Origin: Antedon mediterranea
Taxonomy: Eukaryota; Animalia; Echinodermata
Direction: 5' to 3'
Assembly (NCBI RefSeq): GCF_964355755.1
Contig: NC_092672.1
Location: forward strand, 21,899,237-21,963,236
Length of the DNA: 64,000 nucleotides
Shown here: piece by piece, positions 41,139 through 51,989 of the stretch
Layout of the letters: the number at the start of each line of letters is the position of its first letter
How positions within the stretch are numbered: position 1 is the first letter of the stretch
Translations under genes and position numbers: made by a program
Notes under the pieces: generated by a model
Databases searched by the model: none
What the model was told of the DNA's origin: nothing
Seen by the model: the letters and a program-made list of their open reading frames with translations, nothing else

Positions 41139-41810
41139 ATGACTCAGCGGCAGTATGGCAAAAGGCACACCACAATAAAGACAACCGATGAAATCGATGA
41201 ACAGTTGCACAACGCTAGAAATGAATATAGTAGCATAAATAACCACAATATATCGCACAAGTGTTCATATTTATATGATAATAATATAGATATGTCTCCC
41301 CATGAAAGTGATTTTTCTATTTTGCACATAAATCCACGCAGCATCAATAAAAATATCGATAACATCCGCTCTTTTATATCCAGTTTAAGTCTACCCTTTA
41401 CAGTAATTGCAATGTCAGAGACATGGTTTGATGACAGTAACTCGAATAATAGATCTTGAAAATTACAACTTAATAAATGATTCCCGTCTTGGACGAATGA
41501 GTGGTGGTTCAGCAATCTATATTCATAACTCCGTTGAATTCTTTGTAAGAAATGATCTTAAATTAATAGTTGAATCATCAATTAATAACCACTCTTCATT
41601 TATAAATCTCAAATCCAATCGGTAAAAATATTATTGTTGGTAATGTTTATCGTGCACACCGTACGGACTGCAACTTGTTTATCAATGATCTTGAAAATTG
41701 TTTATCCAAGGTTACCAGTGAAGGCAAGAAATTTTACATTTCTGATGATTTCAATCTCGATTAATTAAAATACAATGTTAACGATACCATCAACAATTTT
41801 CTAAATCTGA
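41139..41810 (+). mobile_element. CR1/L2-group LINE fragment: N-terminal part of the APE endonuclease (degenerate)
   Basis: ILHINPRS, IAMSETW, GGSAIYI, VGNVYR, DFNLD motifs with frameshifts and stops. Confidence 0.75.
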
Positions 41811-44780
41811 ATCTTAATGACATCTGGAGAAAAAATAACCCGGATACATGTCAATTCACATGGCGAAGGAAATCCACCCAAACGTACAGAAGGTTGGACT
41901 ATTTTTTTATATCTAACGACTTATGTGAATATGTTAACACATGTGATATCAGGCCGTCAATCATGTCTGATCACCAAGCCATATTCTTAAAAATAAGTTT
42001 AACTAATGAAGAAAGAGGCCCAGGATTATGGAAAATGAACAATTCTCACTTAGATAATGAAGATTATATAAACAACATCAAAAACATAATTGAAAGAACT
42101 AGATTAGAAGAACTTAACCCAAAGGATAAATGGGAAATAATTAAAGTAAAAATAAAGGAATTCTCCATAAAATATGGGAAAATGAAAAATAAAAATAAAT
42201 GCAAAAGAAAAGAAATACTTCAACAGGAAATTGCTATCATTAATGATTTAATTATGAAAATGGATAATACTGATAATAATATCCAGTATGAAACAGAATT
42301 AGATCAAAAAAAAGAATGAACTTGAGCAAATTTACCTATTGGAAGCTAAAGGTGGTCAAATTAGGTCAAGAGTAAAGTGGATAGAAGATGGCGAACGAAA
42401 AACTAAATACTTTCTTGGTTTAGAGAAAAATAATAGTAATAAAAAACATATTAAAAAATTAAAAAAACAGGACGGATCCATTATATCAAATTCCACAGAG
42501 ATATTGAAGGAAGAGGTTAATTTCTTCAAAAAAATATATGCAAAACAAGATGTTCCTTACAAATCAATTGATAAGTACCTATCTCATGTTAATTTAACTA
42601 AACTCACAGAGGCAGAACAAGAGATGTGTGAGGGTCATCTCTCTCTCTCTTCGAATGTGAGCAAGCAATAAAGAAAATGAAAAAAAATAAAGCTCCAGGC
42701 AGTGACGGTTTAACAGTTGAGTTTTATCAACTCTTCTGGTACCTTATCTGTGACCTTGTTTGTGATGCACTAAATTATGGTTTTGCCACACAAGAAATGT
42801 CTGTGTCACAAAGAAGGGGAATAATCAACCTTATTTACAAAAAAGGTGATCACAAAGATTTAAATAACTGGCGCCCTATCACTTTACTCAATATTGACTA
42901 CAAAATAGCTTCTTTTGTTCTTACAACAAGATTACATCGAGTTGCAAAGTATATAATAAACAATGACCAAAAAGGGTATGTAAAAGGTTGCTTTGGTGGT
43001 GACAATAATAGAGGACATAATTAGTTACATGGAAAATGAACAGCTTGAAGGTATACGTATAAGTTTAGATTTCCAAAAAGCATTCCAAAACAGTGTCAAT
43101 AGATCATTTTTAATAGAAGCCTTAAATAAATTCAATTTTGGTATTTCATTTGTGAACTGGGTAAGAGCACTGTATAACATTACAAATTGTATATTCACAA
43201 ATAATGGTTGGCAATCAGAAAGTTTTGCAATGCACCAAGGTATTAGACAAGGATGTCCCTTATCTGCTATATTGTTTATTTTAGTAGCTGAAGTCCTAGC
43301 TACAAAAATAAGAGCATGTGATATGGTCAAAGGCCTGATTGTTCCTGCAGGCAATGGTATATTTAAAGATATTAAGATTGCACAGCTAGCAGATGACACT
43401 GTGCTTTTTCTAAAGGATATAAATAGTATAGATAACAGCATAAGTATTATTGAAAGGTTTGGAGAGGTTTCTGGATTAAAATTAAATAAGAATAAAACAA
43501 ATGCTCTTTGGCTTGGCAGTTTAAGAGACTGCAAGGACACACATGGTAACATTTCTTGGACATCCACACCAATTCGGATATTAGGTATCTATGTTGGACA
43601 TGATAAGGAATATTGTTATCAAAAGAACTGGAAAGAAAAAATAGACGCATTAGAAAATACCCTAAAAACATGGGAGAAAAGACACCTCACTTTTTTTGGA
43701 AGAATTACTATTGTAAAAACATTAGCGCTCTCAAAAATTATATACAATTCCAGCATTTTGCTAGTACCAGAAAAAGTAATAAAAGAGGTGGATAAATTAC
43801 TTTTTAAATTCATTTGGGAAACTAAGAAAGAGAAAATAAAAAGAAAAACCATGTGTGCCAATTACAGTCAAGGTGGTCTGAAAATGGTAGAATTCAGATC
43901 TCAGGTAATATCTTTCCAAGTTAAATGGTACAGGAGACTGTATGAAAACGATGATGCCAAATGGAAATATTTACCTACATTTTATATAGAAAAAATAGGC
44001 CCAAAATCATTAACCTCAAATTTATCAAAAGTTCCGTGTAAGATATCCGTACCACCATTTTACCTCTCAGTTATTAAGTCTATAGCAGTAGCTAATGCTT
44101 GTAATAATAGATTAAAAAAAGAACCAATAAGCTATGATGACATTATTAATCAATCATTATGGGGTAATGAGTTTATATGTATTAAAAAGAAGCCGTTATA
44201 TAACTGTAACTGGATTAGGTCAGGGTTTTTAAAAATATATGATGTAATAAATAATAATGTGTTTAAGCCTGCGATAGAGATAAAAAGAAGGTTAAGATGT
44301 ACACAAAATTGGATCAGTGAATATTCATGTATATTGAAAGCCATTCCAAAAGAATGGAAATGTATTTTAAAATCAACACATGACATTAATGTAAATGATA
44401 TACCTGTTACAAACAATAAGGTCTTAAATATGACGTCTAGACAATTATATAGATTCATAATAGATGCTCAATATATTACACCTACGGCACAGGTTAAGTG
44501 GGAATCCATATTTGGTAATATGCCATGGACAAAAATATGGGTTAAGAAAGTTTCTGGTCTTAAAGAAAAAAAACTGGCACATTTTAATTTTAAATTGTTG
44601 ACCAGAATATTGCCAACAAATCAAAGATTACATAGGTGGAGACTTGTAAATTCCCCATGTTGTGACACATGCAATGTTATTGAGAATGATAAACATATGT
44701 TAGTAGAGTGCATAACAGTAAAATGTTTATGGAGAGAGATAAACGAAATAATTAGAGCAGTAAGCGTACAAGTAGAAAAA
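41811..44780 (+). mobile_element. Tx1/L1-group LINE ORF2 (endonuclease C-terminus, RT, Zn finger), frameshifted and truncated at both ends
   Basis: DIWR..NP...FTW, RLDYFF, SDHQ, GPGLWKMN, RSRVKW.EDGE, KAPGSDG, NWRPITLLN, LDFQKAF, GIRQGCPLS, QLADD, GGL, C..C...E...H....C. Confidence 0.9.
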
Positions 44781-44812
44781 GAGGTACTTCAGACCCGACC
44801 TTGGTGTATTTC

Positions 44813-45200
44813 CTGATTACGTAATTTCCGCCAGGTGTTTCTAATGAAGGTCGTTTCCGTCAGGTGTTTCTAATGAAGGTCGTTCTTTTCCTGTTATTGT
44901 AATAGTTATGTAATATCCGCCAGGTGTTTCTAATGAAGGTCGTTCTTTTCCTGGTTTCGTACTAGTTATGTAATTTCCGCCAGGTGTTTCTAATGAAGGT
45001 CGTTCTTTTCCTGTTATTGTATTAGTTATGTAATTTCCGCCAGGTGTTTCTAATGAAGTTCGTTCTTTTCCTGGTTTCGTACTAGTTATGTAATTTCCGC
45101 CAGGTGTTTCTAATGAAGGTCGTTCTTTTCCTGTTATTGTATTAGTTATGTAATTTCCGCCAGGTGTTTCTAATGAAGGTCGTTCTTTTCCTGGTTTCAT
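44813..45200. repeat. 60-bp tandem array (alternating A/B variants) at the outer end of the palindromic element
   Basis: Unit GTTATGTAATTTCCGCCAGGTGTTTCTAATGAAGGTCGTTCTTTTCCTG + TTATTGTATTA or GTTTCGTACTA, about 6.5 copies; mirrored from 63935. Confidence 0.9.
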
Positions 45201-45452
45201 AATAATTAAATTATTCTTAATTAATGAAGGTCTTTCTTTGTTTAGGGGCGTTATTTATTAATATATTTACTTATATTTAGGTGGTGTTATGTAATGAATT
45301 ATAAATCATCCTTGCTGGAGGTTAATTAATCTAATTATTTCGGGTTTCCGTTCTGACCTTGTTATTATTCTTGATGGTCAATTTTAATTATTATTTCCGC
45401 CAGGTGTTTCTTTGTCTCTTAATTATTAATTTTTGACGCGATGTTCTAGTAC

Positions 45453-45698
45453 GTGGAGCAAGGGAGTTGTGCAGATACTGTTATAATAATTAGCGATGAT
45501 GAGGAGACTGTTGTTCCAGGCAGTGATATAGATGATCGTTACATGGAGGCCGAAGAGGTTATCCCCGCGGGTATAGATGAAGGAGTCGAGAGGAGTAATA
45601 GGCCTACAAGTTGTATATTTACGTACGTAGACGAGGTGGAGAGAGAATTTTTGTTGAAAATGGAGCGTTTGATTAAACAATCAGTTGTTTCCTTTTAA
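45453..45698 (+). CDS. Possible small acidic ORF (GTG start), mirrored at 63435-63680
   Basis: 81-codon acidic ORF with SIM-like VIIISDDEE. No ATG start and no recognised homology. Confidence 0.25.
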   Translation: MEQGSCADTVIIISDDEETVVPGSDIDDRYMEAEEVIPAGIDEGVERSNRPTSCIFTYVDEVEREFLLKMERLIKQSVVSF

Positions 45699-45756
45699 TT
45701 GTTTGCAGTGCTTCCCGTTTAGGTTTAATAAATTATTTTTATGGCGCGTATTTTTG

Positions 45757-46198
45757 ATTTGTCCTTTCACTACATCTCTCCAATTTTTTCCCTTTGTTGT
45801 TTTAATTAAGGTGTTTCCTGGGTCCATGTTTTCCATTTGGTCGAAGGCTAAATCTAATGGTCACTGTTGTGGGAGGGTCTTCCTAATTATGTAAGGGCTG
45901 TTTGACCAATCTTAATAGCGGACACATTTCCTAAAGGAAGTTCTAAGTACCTTTGTCCTTTCACTACATCTCTCCAATTTTTTCCCCTTTGTTGTTTTAA
46001 TTAAGGTGTTTCCTGTGTTCATGTTTTCCGTTTGGTCGAAGGCTAAATCTAATGGTCACTGTTGTGGGAGGGTCTTCCTAATTATGTAAGGGCTGTTTGA
46101 CCAATCTTAATAGTGGACACATTTCCTAAAGGAAGTTCTAAGTACCTTTGTTTGCATAAATTATTAAATTTAATTAGTGTCGTGGGATGGTATAAAAA
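45757..46198 (+). promoter_or_regulatory. Putative Pol II promoter of the pPolB gene: ~190-bp direct duplication with CCAAT boxes and TATA box
   Basis: TTTGTCCTTTCACTACATCTCTCC...GTACCTTTG duplicated (45759-45955, 45952-46150), each with GACCAATC; TATAAAAA at 46191, about 60 bp before ATG 46255. Confidence 0.5.
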
Positions 46199-46254
46199 CA
46201 GCGTAAGTGTGGGTAATTTTTCATTCGCCTACTGATTATTCTAGACTTATTACT

Positions 46255-49200
46255 ATGGCTCATTACGAATCATCATCATCATCTTCCGATTCTAACGATA
46301 GCTTGTTTATCGAATGCCAGAGAGCAGTAGAAGCTATCGTTAGTTTATCGCGAAATAATGTCGAAAATATCGATACCGACGATGTTATCCCCGATATTGG
46401 ACTACTAGAAGATTTCGTATTTAATGACCAGGATCTTGATTTAGATGTTAGCCAGAGTGTTTCTGAAGCCGATAGCCTCTCACTTTCGGATATTTGTAAT
46501 AATGCTATTGAGATAGTGCAGGAGCTATCGGCTAATTTGCGTATTGATGACGTAGAAGTAAGTGTTTGTTTATTTTATTTTTTTTACATAATATTTATTT
46601 TACCGTGTATAATTCTAAAAAAGTAGATTGTGTGTAACCGAACGTGTGTTTACAGCGTTTTACGGCTTCTTTGTGTTTCTTTCTAATTTATTTATTTATT
46701 TTTTTTTAATTTTAAATTTTTTTTTTACCGTGTATATCTCATAAAGTGGTAGTTTATGTAATTGGGGCATTTACAAAGTGTTTCTGCGTTTACGGTTTAT
46801 ACGCGTTTTCCTTTCTAATTTATCTATTTATTTATTTTTTTTTTTCTGTATAGTACGGTGTTGGTGCTCACACCAAATGTTTGAGTTTGAGAGGAAATGT
46901 CGAGATTAATGATTCAGCGGAGTCTTCGATTATTGAGGTAACTATCGTTTTATTTTCTTTACTACTGTTGTTGTTGTTGTTGTTGTTGTACAACGTCTTT
47001 TATTTCTTTTTTCTTTACCGTTTTTCTCTTTTTGTTTTCAGCCTGTACCCATACAGTACGGAAGGGGCGTTAATAGAAAGAGGCTCAGAATCGAAGACGG
47101 AGAAGAAGAAGAAGAAGAATTTGTCAATATTGATACTGTTGAAGACGAGGACCTTAACCTTGATGAGGTAGAGTTGAATCACTTCTGTAGAATCGTTCAA
47201 TTAGCTGATAGGTATAATCAACGTTTTAACGCGACTATTAGCGATTTTTTAGTAAATTTTTTAAATATTGATCATATAAGTTTAGAGGTGTTTCTGCCCA
47301 CACTGTATCGAATTTTCGAGCATGTCGTCGATAATCTCTGCATTAACGTGCATGTCGACGACATGCTTCGAATAGTCATACAGGCTGAGGGGTTAGATTC
47401 ACCTATCTCTATCCCTTTTGGACGGAGGGGCCATCTTACGGCTGACGTTATTTTTGCAGCCATTATGAAGGTCCTTCAGTCCAAAACGGATATTTTTATT
47501 AATAACAAGTTTAAATTTAACGTTCTCCACATGAGAATGCCTAGGGGTGGGGGCTATAGAAGAAACGGTATCGACATATTGTTAAATGCTAAATGTATAA
47601 TTAAGATTAAGAATGATGATAACGAAACTATCTGCTGCGCACGTTACGGGTATTTCTATGCTCGAAGACAAAATTAACAACGTAACTAGATGGAATAACG
47701 TTAGACAGGGTAAGTGTGAACAAAAAAAAGCCGCCCTTCATTTACTTAGAGATTCGGGGGTTAGGGAGCAGACATGCGGCATCGAGGAAATAAAAAAGAT
47801 GCAATCAAAATTACCAAATTACCAAATTATTGTCATTTCAAAAGACAATTTAAATTCTGTCATTTTTAGCGGCGATTATAGAAAGAAGCAGATATATCTT
47901 TATCATCATTCTAATCATTACGATCTCATAACAACAATGACAGGTTTTCTAAAAATTGACTATTTCTGCGATAGATGTCATAAGGGGTATATTCACAAGT
48001 ACCAACACAATTGTCAATTTACGTGCGTGCTGTGTAAGCACAATGACTGCCCCTCTTCTAATTCTTTTGAAAATAGAGAGAGTAGAATAGAATGTAAAGA
48101 ATGTAATAGATTTTTTAAGGATAGGCAATGTTTCACCAATCATAAACAATCTCCTGATTCTAAAGTTTCAGTATGTGGCAAAATTAAAAATTGTTCAACT
48201 TGTAATAGGATCGTTCACAAAGATCACAATTGCCAAAACCGCTTTTGTAGAATTTGTAGGACTTTCGTTTCATACGATCATCAATGCTACATGGAACCGG
48301 TTGTAGCCCCTAAGCATACTGAAAGAAAGTTTAAGAATCAGGAGGCCCGTAACAGAGCTGTCACTAAATATTTCTTTTTTGATTTCGAATGCACGCAAGA
48401 TACAGGCGAACACAAACCAAATTTATGCGTTCTTCAAAAAACTTGTCTTAATTGTATCGACGGCGCTAATGATTCCGCCGATTGTGACGTGTGTGGGGAT
48501 AAAACAGTGGTTTTTCACGGGGGGTCTGCATGCGAAGATTTCTGCAATTACGTATTCAAAATTACAAATTTAACGAAAATATTACGTGTATCGCTCACAA
48601 CTTCCAGGGTTTGATAGTTACTTCGTGCTCAACTACCTGTACGAAAACTCCATTGTACCGGATGTAATGGCTCGCGGTGGTAAACTTATTTCGATTAGGA
48701 CTAAAGAAACGAGCATTCGATTCATCGATTCCCTTTCATTTCTGCCCATGCCTCTATCCAAATTGCCCAAAACTTTTGGCATCTCCGAACTTAAAAAGGG
48801 TTACTTTCCTCATTATTTTAATTCTTTAGAAAACCAAAATTACGTAGGTCCTTACCCCGATTCTTCAAATTATTCCCCCGATAAAATGACTACTTCAGGT
48901 CGAGAATCTTTCTTTAAATGGTACAACCAGAAAATTGATAGTAATCAAGTATTTGATCTTAAAAAAGAACTCGTCGAGTATTGTATTAGCGATGTAGATA
49001 GTGAAAGAAGAAAGTGTTGTCTTACTTTTAGACATCTTTTTTTGAAAGTAACTATATCGCCGAAAAACCCTCTACTCGGCGGTGTTGACCCCTTTTCAAA
49101 TAATTTAATGACAATTGCCTCAGCGTGTAACCACGTATTTTCTAGAAATGTTTTAAAACCATCCACCATCGCTCTATTTCCAGCATCAGGGTATTTAACA

Positions 49201-50959
49201 ACCGTTAACCATTCTCACTCTAGCATGGAATGGCTGTGCTACGAGTCACATAAAAGGGGGGTCTTTATCCATCATGCCAGAAATGGAGGGGAAAAAATGT
49301 TTGGGCCTTACTCCGTCGACGGCGCATGTTTAGAAAACAAAATAATTTTCGAATTTATGGGTTGTTTTTTCCACGGGTGCCAAGATTGTTATAGACCCGA
49401 TTCCATTAATCCCTTCAATAACGAGACCATGTTGGAATGCTTTGTCAAGACAAGCAAGAAAACACGGTTTCTGAAGGAACAATTTCCAGATTTCGAATAC
49501 GTCAAGATTTGGGGACACGAATGGAAACGGATCAAGCAATCGTTGGCCCCAAACATTAAATCTATCGTCTCCAAAGTTCCTTTAATTAGGCAGACTTTGA
49601 ATCCAAGAGACGCGTTTTTCGGTGGGAGGACTAATGCCAGTTGTTTGTTCTATAAGGTAAAACCGGGTGAAGAAATTAATTACATAGATTATACTTCCTT
49701 GTACCCTTATGTAAATAAATACGGTACCTACCCCGTAGGGCATCCTGAAATCAATGTCCACGGATATCAACGATTATTTCGGCTTGATAAAGTGTAGGCC
49801 TACAATCGAAGCGCCTAAAAAATTATTCCATCCGGTCTTACCTTATAGATCAAACGGTAAATTAATGTTTGCTCTCTGTAGAACATGCGCCGATTCTCAA
49901 CAACAAACCGCTTGCAATCATTCCGGTACAGATAGAGAATTTACGGGTTCTTGGGCAACGATCGAAGTCGCTAAAGCCGTGGAAGTTGGGTACGAGATAC
50001 GTAAAGTTCACGTAGTATGGCACTTTAAAAATAAAAGCGTGTACTCTGCAGATTCTCCCTCGTCCGGTCTATTTGCCGCTTACATTAACACCTTTTTAAA
50101 ATTGAAACAAGAAGCTTCGGGTTGGCCTGAATGGTGTAAAACGCCCGAAGATAAACAAAAATACATTTCGGACTATCGAACCGTAGAAGGTATCGACTTG
50201 AATCATGACGACATTGCGTACAATCCTGGGCTTCGATCTCTGGCCAAATTAATGCTAAATAGTTTTTGGGGTAAATTTGGCCAGCGTGAAAATCTCACGA
50301 GAATTAAATATACGCAAGATCCTAACGAGGTTTACGATATTTTATCGAACCCTGGGATAACCGTTCATGACATAAATTTTGTTAATGATAATTTGGCGGA
50401 GGTAAAATACGAGGACGAGGAACAATTTGTAGAAGTTAACCGAAAGGTTAACGTTGTCATTGCCGCATTTACCACAGCGTTAGCGCGTTTAAAATTGTAC
50501 GAGCTGTTGGAACAATTGCAGGAGCGCGTCCTGTATTATGATACCGACAGCGTAATCTTCGTATCAAAACCCGGAGATTGGGACCCTCCCCTGGGCGACT
50601 ATTTGGGTCAGTTAACGACCGAAGTCGATCCTAAAGATGGTAAATTCATCGAGTCCTTCGTTTCTGGGGGGCCTAAGAACTACGCCTATAAATTGGATAC
50701 GGGGAAGACCGTTTGTAAAGTTAAGGGTTTTACCCTTAACTTTACAAACGCTCAGAAAATTAATTTTGACACCGTCTCCAATATGGTAAGGGGTGTTGGC
50801 CCCGATACAATTAAGACGGCTGAGAAGAATCGCATAACGCGCAAGCCAAAAACACGAAAGATAGTCAACGAAACATCGACTAAAGACTATCGAATCGTGT
50901 ACGACAAAAGAATTATTATCGAAAATTATCGTACAGTTCCTTACGGGTATGTTTGGTGA
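46255..50959 (+). pseudogene. Spliced protein-primed family B DNA polymerase polyprotein (arm 1 copy, frameshifted)
   Basis: Exons 46255-46557, 46854-46937, 47042-50959 in frame. Motifs DNETICCAR/HYDLI (vOTU-like), CxxC fingers, ExoI FDFECTQ, ExoII HNFQGFD, ExoIII YCISD, VDG..FEFMGCFFHGC (Vsr-like), DYTSLYP, KLMLNSFWGKFGQ, YYDTDS. Frameshifting deletions relative to arm 2 near 47642, 48559 and 49755. Confidence 0.9.
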
Positions 50960-51169
50960 ATCACGGCAATACATTTCTTTTTAAAAATGTAAACATACTT
51001 TGTTATAGATAATTATTTGTTACTCTTTATACATTCTTTACCGTACTCTCTCTTTTTTTTTATAGTTTGAACAAAATATATTTGTAGTTTTAATGTAAAT
51101 ATTTTTATACCTCTTTTAATATAAATAATTTTTATACCCGTTTTTTAAAGTCGAATTTTTGCGGGGGTT

Positions 51170-51684
51170 AAGTAAATATATTTTAAAATATTTTTCCGCT
51201 TGATTTTCTTATGTCGATACCGTTTCTCTTTTTGTAGAATAAGTACATATATTTCGTAATTTTAATTTAAATATTTTACCACTTGAATTCTTATGTCGAT
51301 ACCGTTTCTCCTTTTTGTAAATTAAGTAAATATATTTTTCCACTTGAATTTCTTATGTCGATACCGTTTCTCCTTTTTGTAGATTAAGTAAATATTGTTA
51401 TAACTGTTTTAATGTTAATACATTTTATACTTATAAAAATCGATTTTTGAAGATTAAGCAATATTTTTGTAATTTTAATTTAAATATTTTTCCACTTGAT
51501 TTCTTATGTCGATACCGTTTCTCTTTTTTGTAGATTAAGTAAATATTGTTATAACTGTTTTAATGTTAATACATTTTATACTTATAAAGTCGATTTTTGT
51601 AGATTAAGCAATATTTTTGTAATTTTAATTTAAATATTTTTCGACTTGAATTCTTATGTCGATACCGTTTCTCATTTTGCGGAT
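51170..51684. repeat. AT-rich sub-central repeats with five copies of TATGTCGATACCGTTTCT (mirrored at 51990-52500)
   Basis: Motif at 51210, 51292, 51354, 51505 and 51655. Confidence 0.85.
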
Positions 51685-51989
51685 TAAGCAAATACATGTT
51701 TGTAAAGTTATTTTGTTTTGTTTGTCAATTGACACTTGAACTTGACCTCTATACAAGGACGAATAGACTGTGACAATTAACCATGACCTATGGTCAACCG
51801 TTTTATTGGGAGGCTCTCAAATTTCGACGAAGTCGAAAACTGAAACCCCATGCTTTTGGGACCAGAGGTCATGGTTAATTGTCACAGTCTATTCGTCCTT
51901 GTATAGAGGTCAAGTTCAAGTGTCAATTGACACAAGTCTTTTTTCCCATGTTCAGAGTTCAAGTAATTAACCTTTTAATTATTAACCGC
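51685..51989. other. Central junction of the palindrome: asymmetric bubble, 67-bp perfect stem, and loop containing a GAA-triloop mini-hairpin
   Basis: 51723-51789 is the exact reverse complement of 51866-51932; TTTCGAC-GAA-GTCGAAA at 51822-51838. Confidence 0.85.

Noticed and set aside
44841-45200. 119-aa repetitive ORF on the minus strand
   Set aside because: By-product of the 60-bp array; no evidence of coding function.
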